DNA of 63,172 nt, filler included, from Reclinomonas americana ATCC 50394 (taxonomy: Eukaryota), in assembly GCA_048213135.1 (NCBI GenBank). It is 49 parts of 49 records of this genome, joined end to end, with 100 filler letters (N's around TTAATTAATTAA, not from the genome) between each part and the next. Parts side by side here need not be neighbours in the genome. Positions count along the whole stretch, not along the records: positions 37,536 to 38,725 come from AFZH01026186.1; positions 38,826 to 40,016 come from AFZH01026187.1; positions 40,117 to 41,304 come from AFZH01026188.1; positions 41,405 to 42,593 come from AFZH01026189.1; positions 42,694 to 43,881 come from AFZH01026190.1; positions 43,982 to 45,170 come from AFZH01026191.1; positions 45,271 to 46,458 come from AFZH01026192.1; positions 46,559 to 47,746 come from AFZH01026193.1; 41 more parts are not named here. One strand, given 5' to 3'. The notes under the pieces are model-generated. The model had not been told where the DNA came from. It ran no database searches and worked only from the letters and a program-made list of their open reading frames with translations. Both the position numbers and the translations under genes were made by a program. Position 1 is the first letter of the stretch; every line of letters begins with the position of its first letter. Positions 37,553 to 49,133 of this stretch are shown piece by piece.

Positions 37553-37823
37553 GAACTGTTGAACGCGGCGCAAGAAACGCTTGTGGAGGTGGCACGTCAG
37601 TATGAGGACCTCGTGCGTGAGTACGAGCAGCTGGCCGTCAAGTTTGCCGAGGATCCCAAGCGCACCTCGCCCGACGACTTTTTCCGTCTGCTGTGCACCT
37701 TTTTGGCCGACTACAAGGTGTGTGTGTGCTGTACGAGCGACGTCCTCGTGGCCCCCTGCCTCTAACCTAGTCGCTCGTCAGGGTGCAATCGGCAAAGCCT
37801 CGGGTGGCAGTCGACGGAGATGA
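37553..37823 (+). CDS. Formin FH2 domain C-terminal exons
   Basis: YEQLAVKFAEDPKRTSPDDFFRLLCTFLADYK matches the FH2 end motif (FGEDP...EEFF..F..F). Confidence 0.8.
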
Positions 37824-37915
37824 TCAAGAAGAACTCATGTGTATGCACCAATTAAACAAAAACGAAATCGCAACACTTTCTTCGTCGTCGTCGTCGTCGT
37901 CGTGCGGAGGAGAGC

Positions 37916-38682
37916 ATGTCGAGTGCCGCACCGACAGCGTCGCCTGTGGAAGGCGGCTCGTCGCCATCACGCAGCGGTCGCAAGCGCTCACGTTCTCAGT
38001 CGCCTTCGCGCAGCACATCCACCACCGCCACCACTGCCACCGCCGCACCAGCGCCAAGCGCATCGCCCGAGCGCAAGAGGCGGCGCAGCAGTCGGCGATC
38101 ACGCTCTCCCTCCTCTTCTTCCTCCTCGTCATCGTCGTCATCGTCTTCGGCGTCGTCGACTGCAGCTGCACCGCGGGAAAAGCGGCGCAGTCGCAGCAAG
38201 GAGTCGAGCAAGAAGAAGGAGAAGAGCAGGCACCGCAGCAGCAGCAAGGATGTGGAGGACAGCAGCAAGTCCAAGTCCAGCAAGAGGAGCAAGAGGAGCC
38301 ACAGCCGCGACAAGCGCGACGACAAGAAGAAGAAGAAGAACAAGTCATCACATGGTCGACCAGTGCAGTTGTCCAAGGTGAGTCGCGCGCTCTCGACGTG
38401 CATGCACATCTGTGTGTGGGGGGAGAGCTCTCACAGTGTGCATGCTCAGTTCTTGCATGGAGGCGATTCGTCGTCGTCCTCGTCGTCTTCCTCGTCGTCG
38501 TCTGATGAGGGGCGGCGACGGCGGCGGCGGCGGCACAAGCACAAGAAGAGGAGGAGCCGGAAGGGTGGCAGTGGCTCGAGTAGCAGCAGCAGCAGCAGTA
38601 GCAGCAGCAGCGACGATGGCGATGCCGTTCGGAGTGTGATCTCAGGCAAGAAGATCAAGCGCGATCTCGGTCGTGACAAGCG
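37916..38682 (+). CDS. Ser/Arg/Lys-rich nuclear-type protein, multi-exon
   Basis: RS dipeptides, polyS and K-rich tracts, with an ordered RSVISGKKIKR segment. Confidence 0.6.
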
Positions 38683-38825
38683 GGTGCGATGGAGGTGGCG
38701 ATGGCGTTAGTTTGAGGGCTTCTTCNNNNNNNNNNNNNNNNNNNNNNNNNNNNNNNNNNNNNNNNNNNNTTAATTAATTAANNNNNNNNNNNNNNNNNNN
38801 NNNNNNNNNNNNNNNNNNNNNNNNN

Positions 38826-39961
38826 GGAGCAGAACGCACAGCGGATGGAGCAAGTGGCGGCTCTGCGTGGCGAGATGAGCGGCAGCGCGCGTGAGGCCAC
38901 CACCATGGCCGAGTTGCAGCAGCTGTTTGAGCAACAAAAGGCGGAGAGTCAGCAGACCGCCGCCGCCATGCATCGGTTCGTCACATACAGTCTCGTCCCT
39001 CTCTCTTTTTTGTTTTTCGTCACTGATGATTTCCCTTCCTATACTCCGCAGTCTGCAACGCGATCTGCTGGCGAGCCGTGCCCGCGAGGCCGAGTTGGCC
39101 GAGCGTGAGGAGACAGCCACCAAGCGTACGCTGGAGTTGCAGCGCGAGTTGTTGCTGCACGAGCGTGCGGCCACCTCACTGGACTCGGCGCTGGCCACGG
39201 CATCCTCGTCGCTGCAGCAGCAGCGCGCCGATGCCGCAGCGACCTCGGTCGACCGTGACGCGCACGCACATCGCCTGCGTGAGGCGGAAGCTCGTGTTGC
39301 GACACTGGAGGAGGAATCGCGACGCCTGAATGCCGCGCAAAGCAGAATGCAACGGCAGTTGACGGAGGCGTCGGATCGCGAGAGTTCGGCGGAGCGCAAA
39401 CTGGCCATCATGGAGGACGAGTTGCGACTGGCGCAGGAGGGCGCAGCCGTGGCACTTCGAGAGCACGCGGCCGTCGAAGTGAGTCTGCACGAACGCATCA
39501 GTGCGCTCACCCGCGACATGGAGGCGGCGCGTGTCAGTGCCTCCGGCGAACTCGGCGCGCAGCTGAACAGCAAGGATCGCGAGTTGCAGCAAGTGGTGCG
39601 GCAGCTGGCGGACGCAAAGCGGGCCACCACCCGTCTGGAGGAGGAGCGCGAGTCAGCGCGCGACCGTGAGCGGGTGGCACGCGACCGCATTCTCAAGCTC
39701 GAGGAGGAGCTGCGTCTGCGGGAGCGCCACTTGACCTCGTACGAGGGCGAGCTGCAGGGCCAGGCCGTGGCCGCCGCCAGTGCCGCCGGCGAGCGTCGTG
39801 GTGCGGCCGAGACCCGTGCGACCCTGGAGCAGGAGCTGGCCAACAAGGAGCGTGCTCTCGGTGTGCAATCTGCCGAGGTGGAGAGGTTACGCAAGCAACT
39901 CAAAGATGCTACCACACGCCTGGCCGGTGTGGAGGAGGAGGCTCGTGACGCCACAAAGCAG
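38826..39961 (+). CDS. Long coiled-coil protein, internal exons
   Basis: About 300 aa of continuous heptad-rich sequence between GT-AG introns. Confidence 0.7.
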
Positions 39962-40116
39962 GTGTGTGTCTCTCCATTTTTTTCGTGTATCATTGGCGAC
40001 TGAATCTTATTCTGGTNNNNNNNNNNNNNNNNNNNNNNNNNNNNNNNNNNNNNNNNNNNNTTAATTAATTAANNNNNNNNNNNNNNNNNNNNNNNNNNNN
40101 NNNNNNNNNNNNNNNN

Positions 40117-40739
40117 ATGTCGCGCTGGCTCTGGCGCTCACGGCCATCATCGTCGCGTTCCTCGGCCAGCCGTCGTCCGGGTCGATGTCTCCGACGCTCG
40201 AGCCGGGCGACCGGATCGTCGTGAACAGGCTCGCCTTCGTCGGCTCCGACCCCACGCCCGGCGACATCGTCGTGTTCCGCCCCGACGACAGCTGGGGCGA
40301 GAAGCCCGCTGCCGGCAACTGGGCGAGCGGTGCCCTGCAGTGGATCGGCGAGACCACCGGCATCCGTCCCTACGTGCTGGTGAAGCGGGTCATCGCGGGC
40401 GAAGGTCAGACCGTCGAATGCTGCGACGCCGAGGGGCGAGTCCTCGTCAACGGCGAGCCGCTCGACGAGCCGTACGTCGTGAAGGACCTGCCGTTCGTCA
40501 GCGGCGAGCTCGACTGCGACACCACTCCCCTGTCGACGCGGTGCTTCGCGAAGGTGACCGTGCCCGAGGACTCGTACCTCGTGCTGGGCGACAACAGGGC
40601 GAACTCCGCAGACTCCGTCTTCCTATGCCGCGGCGCCGCCGATCCGGATGACGGATGCTGGCGCTGGATGCAGCGGGACTCGGTGTTCGGCAAGGCGGGC
40701 CCGATCCTGTGGCCCGTGTCGCGTTGGGGCGGCCCGTAG
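40117..40739 (+). CDS. lepB: Bacterial signal peptidase I, 5' partial
   Basis: SGSMSPTLEPGDRIVVNRL (Ser), LVKRVIA (Lys), VECCD..GRV.VNGEPLDEPY, LGDNRANSADS; actinobacterial style. Confidence 0.92.
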
Positions 40740-40749
40740 TCGCCGCGGA

Positions 40750-41304
40750 TCAGCCGCAGCCGGGCGTCTCCAGGGTCACCGGCGTCGCACGCACCATGGG
40801 GGTCGTCCAGACGTCGTAGGCGCCGTAGTCCGCTCCGGTGGTGCCCTCGGCGCCCTTCATCGAGACCGTGATCGTCGCTGCCGTCTGCGGGGGTGTCACG
40901 ACGTTGATGCGCACGACCGAGCGGCCGAGGTGCGTGCCCTCCGCGACCAGTGCGAAGCTCTCCGCGCCCTCGACGTTCCACGAGTCGATCGTCGCGCCGA
41001 CAGGAGCGTAGACGACGACATCCGTCGCGATGTGGCCGGGCTCGAAATACGGTCCGGTGATGAAGTAGGGCAGCGCGTCAGCCTGCTCCGGCGTGATGTT
41101 GTTCGCGAACGTGATGGTCTGCTGGAAGGTCGGCGGTCCGGATGCCGTGCACTGGTCGCTGCTGGAGACCACGCTCGCATCCGCGTAGTAGTCGGTCTTC
41201 GCGCCCGTCGTGTCGTTGAAGTAGACGCCGGCGATCGTCTTGTCGTCGTTCGTCGCCGGCAGCGTGCCCGCGAGGCGGGTGTCCGACATCATCGCCTCGA
41301 TGTC
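40750..41304 (-). CDS. Actinobacterial DUF4012-like protein C-terminus
   Basis: LAGTLP...GVYFNDTTGAKTDYY...LPYFITG...VYAPVG...TTPM; convergent with lepB. Confidence 0.65.
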   Translation of the reverse strand, partial: DIEAMMSDTRLAGTLPATNDDKTIAGVYFNDTTGAKTDYYADASVVSSSDQCTASGPPTFQQTITFANNITPEQADALPYFITGPYFEPGHIATDVVVYAPVGATIDSWNVEGAESFALVAEGTHLGRSVVRINVVTPPQTAATITVSMKGAEGTTGADYGAYDVWTTPMVRATPVTLETPGCG

Positions 41305-42400
41305 NNNNNNNNNNNNNNNNNNNNNNNNNNNNNNNNNNNNNNNNNNNNTTAATTAATTAANNNNNNNNNNNNNNNNNNNNNNNNNNNNNNNNNNNNNNNN
41401 NNNNTGTTTTGGTAAAGGTTCGAACATCAAGACAGCTGTTTGCTTGTTTGTTGGTGAATGAATTTGTTGTTGTTAGCAATGGAGAGTTTTGTGTATGTAA
41501 ATCTGTTAGAGAGGTAATTATGTGTTTATATATTCTTGGTGTGCCAAGGTCATTGTCGGCAAGGGATTTGCGGGCGTTTATCGCATTATTGGAATGTGGT
41601 GAATGAAGTGTTTTTTTAAGTGAAGGAGCTCCGAGAACGAACACAGACACACACACATGGAACCTGCTGATGCCTCAAGACTGGTATTTGTGTTGATGTT
41701 TTGGATATCACAGCAATTAAATTTCGTCATGTTTCACGGACGGGCAAGTCCCGTTGCCTCTGACTCATCAGTGCGCACACGCTTGTGACTCGAGTCGCGC
41801 TCTCCTCCACTCCAAACTTCTCAGACACAGCCTACAGTGCATGTGCCACACAACCATCGGCAAAAGAACCACACTGAAGTACCTCGACACCGAGGCAATC
41901 CAGCTTGCCCGCCGAGGCAACCCCGCTTGCCCGAGGCAAGCTGGCTTGCCTCGTTGTTCCATCATCGATCGGTGGTCAGACCGGTCGAACAGACAGCACA
42001 CAACGCCACATCCTCATCACGCGGCGCCGGCAGTGCGTGCACGTGCGCTTCTGGCGTGGCCCCCCGTGACCGCATTGCTCGTTCTCGTGGTGCGTATGCT
42101 TCGAGCAAGAACGAGAGAGAGAGAGAGAGAGAGAGTCAGTGAGTGAGAGAGGGCGAGAGAATGAGAGAGAGAGAGAGAGAGAGAAAGGCAGAAGAGGGTG
42201 AGAGGGGAAGCGCTTGCGGAAAGAAGATGCTGATGATTGCACATATATATGCCGCGCAAACTCACTGGTCCTCTCGCCCCTCACTCAACGCACAGACTCT
42301 TCCCTGTGGGCCAGTGATGGAATTCGAAGAGGAGCATGCACACGTGCAGTCAGCATTCTTACTCGACGCCGACGGCAATCGAAAAGTCGTCTGCCCACTT

Positions 42401-42593
42401 GGTCAAGGGTCAAGGGTCAAGGGTCAAGGGTCAAGGGTCAAGGGTCAAGGGTCAAGGGTCAAGGGTCAAGGGTCAAGGGTCAAGGGTCAAGGGTCAAGGG
42501 TCAAGGGTCAAGGGTCAAGGGTCAAGGGTCAAGGGTCAAGGGTCAAGGGTCAAGGGTCAAGGGTCAAGGGTCAAGGGTCAAGGGTCAAGGGTC
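42401..42593 (+). repeat. Perfect (TCAAGGG)n heptamer array, ~27.5 copies, at the contig 3' end; candidate telomere
   Basis: Uninterrupted GGTCAAG units with the G-rich strand pointing to the contig end. Confidence 0.9.
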
Positions 42594-42914
42594 NNNNNNN
42601 NNNNNNNNNNNNNNNNNNNNNNNNNNNNNNNNNNNNNTTAATTAATTAANNNNNNNNNNNNNNNNNNNNNNNNNNNNNNNNNNNNNNNNNNNNGAAGAGA
42701 CGAGGGAAGAGCTTGAGGAAAAGATGGGGGCAAGAGAATGGGGGAAGCGATGTGGGGAAGTGAAGAGGGAAGAGTTGGGGAAGACGGAAGGGGGAGAACA
42801 GAGACCACGGCATGACAAAGCTGGTGACGATTAAAGCACACAGGATTGTAACGATGGAGATGGTTGATCTGAACAAGAAGAACCTTGACAGACCACGGAC
42901 GGGAGTGACGCAAC

Positions 42915-43735
42915 GATGAACTCAGGCAGCTGGTACTTTTCCAGTAGCTCGCGCCTGGGGAACTTGCCAAACAGCAGCCGAGCGCACACCAGGTACATCA
43001 AAATCGTTCTGTGCAAGCGCGATGGGCGAATGAGATCAACAGCGATCAAAGTCAAAGAAAGGCGCTTATACGAGAGAAGTGAGACGTATCAGACCCCGGA
43101 AGAAAGTCACACACAGGAAGGTGTAGAACACGACACTCCTCCACACCCACCTCTTGTTGGCCACATACTCCTGATGGCAGCGCGCAAACGCCGTGCTCAA
43201 GTGCTGCTCGGCGGCCTTGAGTTCGGCATTGATGAGCGCGTACCGTCCGCGAAAGTAGCAGTGTGTCACCACCAAGCTCACGGGGTACCCATCGAGAGCA
43301 GACAAGCCGGCCGATGCCGCGCCCTGTCGCTCGAAGGCGTTGACAATGTGTTTGCACTGGTCGAGCTTGTTGTTCTGTGCACAAAACCCGGCGTGAATCA
43401 ACTGCTCCCCGTCACACATCTCGGCTGTGGAGCAGCGAACCGCAAAGTAGATTTGGAAGAGCTGATTGTTGACGGTGAGGGTGGCCACCGGCAGCATGTC
43501 GCGAATGGTGCGCACCACTTTTTGGAGGCGACGGATGGCATCGTCGACGGTGGCGGCAGACGATGTCTGCGGTGGAAGGGAGTGAGCACGCAGGGTCACG
43601 AAGGCTGCGTTGCGAGAAGAATGACTGACCATTGTGACGGCGATGCGCACGTTGACGGTGAGGGCGTGCAGTGGGGAGGTGATCCACTCGGGAAGTGAGC
43701 CCGAGTATGCGTCCAGGAATGAGTCGAAGGTTCTG
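42915..43735 (-). CDS. PCID2: PCI-domain protein PCID2/CSN12/Thp1-like, multi-exon
   Basis: NQLFQIYF/NNKLDQCK, YPVSLVVTHCYFRGR, AEQHLSTAFARCH...NKR/TILMYLVCARLLFGKFP...LLEKYQL. Confidence 0.82.
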
Positions 43736-44147
43736 CGAGTGAAGAGGGAAGGGGGGGAGGCGAAGGAGAGTGAGAGAGACAGAGTCAGAGAGGGAGAGAG
43801 TGAGAGCACAGGGCAAAGAGAATGGCACATAGTGAACAACCAAGAGCGAAACAAGTAGGGAGGAGCATCGGCACTGAGCAGNNNNNNNNNNNNNNNNNNN
43901 NNNNNNNNNNNNNNNNNNNNNNNNNTTAATTAATTAANNNNNNNNNNNNNNNNNNNNNNNNNNNNNNNNNNNNNNNNNNNNGTTTCCTCTCCCTTTCTTA
44001 TTCTCCCACTCACACTCTCTCTCTCACTCCCTCTCTCTCTCTCAAACACACTCTGCGTCTCTATTCCACGGCGCATGGTTCCAAGCTCATCACTACTTCT
44101 CTCCTTTCCCTTCCCCCACTCTCCCCCCCCTCCCGCTCTATCCGCAA

Positions 44148-44815
44148 CTCTTCACATCGGCCAGCGACGACGCTGCTACTCTCTCATTGTGAATCGCCCG
44201 CATCTTGTCCAGATTGCTCTCCACCATGGCAAAGTTGCCCTTGATCTGGAAACCAGCTCATTTTGAGTCACGCGTGACAAATATCTCTCTCTTCCTCCCT
44301 GCGCACCTGATTGACTTGCCCGAGGAAATGCTGCCGTGCCTCCAACGTGGCCGGATCGCGTGAGTATGGGACACCCTTGTTGTCACTCGTCTCGCCCGGC
44401 TGCAGGTGCTCATCCATCGGTCCCATCTCAATGTCGCTGACCGACACGGGGTCCTCGCTGGTGAACCCGCGCCGCTTGACCCGTGGATCTACTCCTGCAC
44501 CGTCATCGGCGGCGGCCGCTGCGGCAGGACTGGCGGTGGGTGCCGCCGATGGTCGTCGGGTGGCGCGCTTGGCGGTCTCCCAGCTGCGGGGGCACGAAAG
44601 GAGTGAGTGCTGAGAGGGGGAGGAGAGAGGGCGTGGTGCACGAAACGAGCCACCAGCTGCTGCCGCTGGTCTTGCACGTGCTCTCGACGAGGCGGCCGAG
44701 GATGCCACGGAGGTGTCGTCGGAGGCGGCGGCAGATGCGGTGGATTTGGTGGAGACGACGGTTTCTGTGCGGGCAAAGCCGGTGCGTCGGCTTGATTTGC
44801 CTTCCCAGGGGGTCT
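44148..44815 (-). CDS. Plasma-membrane-type syntaxin (Qa-SNARE) N-terminal exons
   Basis: DIEMG followed by spliced HFLGQVNQ/IKGNFAMVESNLDKMRAIHNE, which resembles helix Ha (FFxQVxEI...I..N...H). Confidence 0.55.
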
Positions 44816-45898
44816 GTGGTGGGTGGGGGAGGAGGGGGGAAAGGGAGGGAGGGAGGAGGGAGGGAGGGAGGGAGGGAGGGAGGGAGGGAGGGAGGAGGGA
44901 GGGAGGAGGGAGGGAGGAGGGAACGTAAAAGAGATGATTATGACTCGACGACGCCAGAGGAAAAAAGGAAGCAAGGATAGGATTAGGCACAAAGCCGAAA
45001 AGAATAAAGGGAGTGCAAGAGCAGATGGAGATACCAGCACTTAGTGCGTGCATGGCTCTACGACGCCAGAGGAAACGAAGCATGAAGAGTGGGCGAGTTG
45101 AAGAAAAACATCAGCAGTCGTGCTTGAGACAACTAGGACAGCGGTATTGCAGAACGAACGCTTTCTCTCANNNNNNNNNNNNNNNNNNNNNNNNNNNNNN
45201 NNNNNNNNNNNNNNTTAATTAATTAANNNNNNNNNNNNNNNNNNNNNNNNNNNNNNNNNNNNNNNNNNNNTGGAGGTACCACAAGGGAAGGATCATGTGG
45301 CAGTGCCCACCCAACGCGAGATAGTCGACAATCATTGCATACACTAATACGATCACAATAATACCGAGTGGACGGATGGATGGATAGAGAAGAAAAGGGA
45401 AGTATGCGCACTAATGATACCACAAGCACAACCGCGACCGCCACAATCACTCCGGCGTTGTCCATGCGCGGATGGAAATGAGGAGCAGGCAACGAGAACA
45501 CACACACACACACATCACCATGAACAAAAACACCACACCATCCCGAACAGATGGCGGGATAACGACGCAGCGGGTGCGACCGCAGAGAACACATTAAACA
45601 AAGGGGGGGGAGGCGGCGGGAAACACCAAATCGAGATCCGCGAGATTAACTAACACACACACACACACACAGTTGACGGGCCGCACAAGTGGCATCGACT
45701 GGGCACGGAGAGTAGAGGAGGGGAGCGGATGCGCGGGGGGGAAGCGATGAACCACAAGGGAACACGGGAGGGGAGGGAGGAAAAATAAGAAAGGAACGAC
45801 GAGACCCTGTCACCACCACATGGGCGACTCTCATAAGCACTCTCGGGCCAGCCACGGGGCACGAGATGTTTGGCACACAAATAGATTTTTCACACACA

Positions 45899-46214
45899 TC
45901 ACGCGCGGTGATCAGCACCCGCCACTCCTGCAAAAAGCACACACAATATGAGTGAACTGACCACATCAGCACGAGTTGCAACATTTCGCTGGCACACACA
46001 AACCTGGTATCCGATTGCCTCGCAGGAACGCCACCACATCGTCGCATCGTGCCATCTCTTGCAGGAACGGGGTGATCTCGTTCAGCTCCGTGTCGTTGGG
46101 GTCGTCGAACCACGACGAAATCGGCAGCGCATTCTCCGGCTGGAAAATGTACGACGCCGGCGAGTTGTCGATAATCACTGTTCGTGAGAGCTCGCGGCCG
46201 ATGCATGAGAGGTC
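45899..46214 (-). CDS. SCP/Psr1-like CTD small phosphatase (NIF HAD family), C-terminal exons
   Basis: DLSCIGRELSRTVIIDNSPASYIFQPENALPISSWFDDPNDTEL..I.PFL. Confidence 0.92.
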
Positions 46215-46377
46215 CTGTGTAAGGGGGAAGGGTGAGCGACGGGGATAAGGGGGAAAGGGGGAGGGGGGAGAAGGGGAAAGGGGGAGGGAGAGAAGGGAGA
46301 GGGGGGAGGGAGAGGGGAGAAGGGGAGGGGAGAAGGGGAGGGGAGGGGAAGGGGGAGTTAACAGAGCGGGAGATGCA

Positions 46378-46458
46378 GAGAGGGCGAGACGCACAGAGGG
46401 GGGACGCACAGAGGGCGAGACGCACAGAGGGCGAGACGCACAGAGGGCGAGACGCACA
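46378..46458 (+). repeat. 16-bp intronic minisatellite (GAGGGCGAGACGCACA) x ~5
   Basis: Directly visible tandem copies, one of them a shorter variant; runs off the contig end. Confidence 0.85.
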
Positions 46459-46605
46459 NNNNNNNNNNNNNNNNNNNNNNNNNNNNNNNNNNNNNNNNNN
46501 NNTTAATTAATTAANNNNNNNNNNNNNNNNNNNNNNNNNNNNNNNNNNNNNNNNNNNNCGAAACCAGTGAGCCCTCACCAATGTGCGCTCACCTATATGC
46601 TGTAG

Positions 46606-47746
46606 ATGCGATTCCCGTGTCGAGCATCGCGATATCTGCCAGCACATTCTCGCCTGGCGCCACTCTCAACAGTGTGGTGGCGACGCTGTCGCCAGTTGGT
46701 GTCAACTGCTGTCAGTCGTACACGTACTCGATTGTGGGTGGGCCTTCCGCCGGCAATTTCGTGGTCGTTGGCAACGAATTGCGATCGAATGTGGCGGCGC
46801 TGACGGGCGATAACCAGACCGTGACGATTCGTATCGATGACGGTACAGGCAATACGTACGATCAGACGATTGTGATAAACGAAGGTGCGTTGCAATGCGA
46901 GTGCATTTCTTTTGCACGGGTTGAATATGTGCTGATGTTGTGTGCTGTGTGTACACAGCCAACACGCCGCCAACGGCCATATCGCTGTCATCGTCACAAT
47001 TGTGGCCGGTGCCTGCGCCGGCCGGCACGGTTGTGGGCGTTCTCAGTTCCACCGACGCCAACTGCTGCCAGTCGTACACGTATACCATTGTGCAAGATGC
47101 AATGCCGGCGCGTTTTGCAATTGTGGGCAATCAGCTCGTTGTGGCGAGCGGCTCGCCTGGCTTGAGCGGCAACAACCTACAAGTGCAAATCCAAGTGGAC
47201 GACGGTCACGGTGGAGTATACACTCAAGTGATCACCGTCAATGAGGGTATGTTGTTCTTTCTACGATGCAGTGTTCGAGTAACTGTTTGGCTGACGCAGC
47301 GAGTGGCAGGCAATGTTGCACCGACGGACATTACTTTGTCGGGCACAACGTACGTACCGCCGACGGGTGGTGCGAATGTCGCCGTGGGTACTCTGGCGAT
47401 GGTCGATGTCAATTCCAACGAGACGGCAACGTTTTCTGTTGTGGGCGGCGCGCATCAAGCACTCTTCAACATCTCTGGTGCAATTCTGCAGCTCGCCAAT
47501 GCTGGGCAAACGGGCACCAATCTGCAAGTGATTGTTCGTGCTCGCGACAGCGGGAACCTGTACGTGGACAAGCTGTTTGTGATCAACGAAGGTGCGTGTC
47601 GCGTTTTGAAAAAAACGATGGAGAACAAGGTGCAGCTTTTCATTTTGAGATTCGTATGCGCAGCCAATGTGGCACCGACCAACATTGTGGCTTCGTCGCT
47701 GGTGTACTTGCCGCATGCGACAACACACGACGTGCTGGTGACACTG
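46606..47746 (+). CDS. Tandem cadherin-like (bacterial-type) repeat surface protein, one repeat per exon
   Basis: Units N.PPT.I.LS...GTVVG.L...D.N...YTY.IV...F.IVGNQL...V.I.VDDG.G..Y...I.INE. Confidence 0.82.
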
Positions 47747-47879
47747 NNNNNNNNNNNNNNNNNNNNNNNNNNNNNNNNNNNNNNNNNNNNTTAATTAATT
47801 AANNNNNNNNNNNNNNNNNNNNNNNNNNNNNNNNNNNNNNNNNNNNATTTCTTTTGCGCGGCTCTCATTCCGTCGGACA

Positions 47880-49033
47880 GGACGCTAGCGAGTCCGTCGA
47901 CGTGAATGCGTGATGCCGCATTGTATGTGGCTCTGTCGCTGTGCACATCGAGTGAGGTGAATCTGTGGCTGGTGGATGGCGTCGAGGCCTTGTGCAAGCA
48001 CTGTTTGCAAGTCGAGCAGCGATGGGTATGCACATTGATGCATGCAAACTCGCACACTTTCGTCACTCCTCATGCACACAGGCGATGCATGTGCGACAAC
48101 GTGACGCGGAGAACGAGTGGCAATGTCGAGCACTGCACGAAAGTGAAGCCGTTGTGCAGCCTGTGTTGCGTGCATGTGCAATGCCGCTGCCACTCGTGGC
48201 GACATGCCATTGTGCGGTGCGTCGCTTGCTGGCGCTGGCGACTGCCGCTGAAGACAAGTCGACATCGACCTCGTCGTTGTGGCAGTGGCTGCTGGTGCAG
48301 GCGCGATGTACGGTGCGTCGACTGATGCAATGCCGATGCGCATGTGCGTCGCCCGCGGCGTGCTTGGCGGCCGCTCGAGCACTGCTGTTGCGCTGTCAGT
48401 GGCGAGCGCAGCAGCAGCGACATCGTGAAGAGCCAGCAGTGGCTGCGTGCACTGCGTGGGCGCACTGGCATGCCTCTGCGGCTGTGCAGTCGTCGTCGTC
48501 GTCGTGGAGTACGTTGTTGGGCGTGCAATATGGGTGTTGCTTGGGTCGTTGTTGACTGTGCGGCACAGGTCGCGTTGACACGCTGTGTCTGCTGCAGTAT
48601 GCTGGTGGCACTGGTGCATCGCTGGAGGCGGCGTTGGTGGCCTTGTGTGCGCGTCGGCGGTGGGAGCACGTGTGGTGGGAGCGTGCGATTTGTGAGGTGT
48701 GGCGCGCAGTGGGGAGTGCAGATGTCGCGTTCAACTTATTCGCGATGCAGAGTGTTGCGAGGAAGTCGCTTACAGGAGCGGCGGTGATGAGGCGAGTGCA
48801 ACTCATGATCCAGGGCGCCGTGCAGAAACGGCGTCGATTGGGGGTGGAGGAATTCGTGGCCATTCGGAGCACACTGCAAGCCGGCTGGAATCGCCTGTCG
48901 GCTCGGTGTGAAGTGTGTGTGTGTGTGAGTCGCACAACTCACTCTCTTGCGCTAACCTCGTGATCTACAGGGAGGCTCTCGTGGTGCGATCGTTGTACTG
49001 GGAGCTGGGGCGGGTGGCACTGTGCGTCGACTC
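47880..49033 (+). CDS. Hypothetical Trp/Cys/Arg-rich helical protein, multi-exon
   Basis: Open frames separated by plausible GT-AG introns; no family recognised. Confidence 0.3.
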
Positions 49034-49133
49034 NNNNNNNNNNNNNNNNNNNNNNNNNNNNNNNNNNNNNNNNNNNNTTAATTAATTAANNNNNNNNNNN
49101 NNNNNNNNNNNNNNNNNNNNNNNNNNNNNNNNN

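Noticed and set aside
38826..39961. SAS-6 or another named centriolar protein
   Set aside because: Only generic coiled coil is visible, with no diagnostic head domain.
42143..42649. ORFs encoding (QGSRVKG)n
   Set aside because: These are translations of a stop-free 7-mer DNA repeat and give the same peptide in all three frames.
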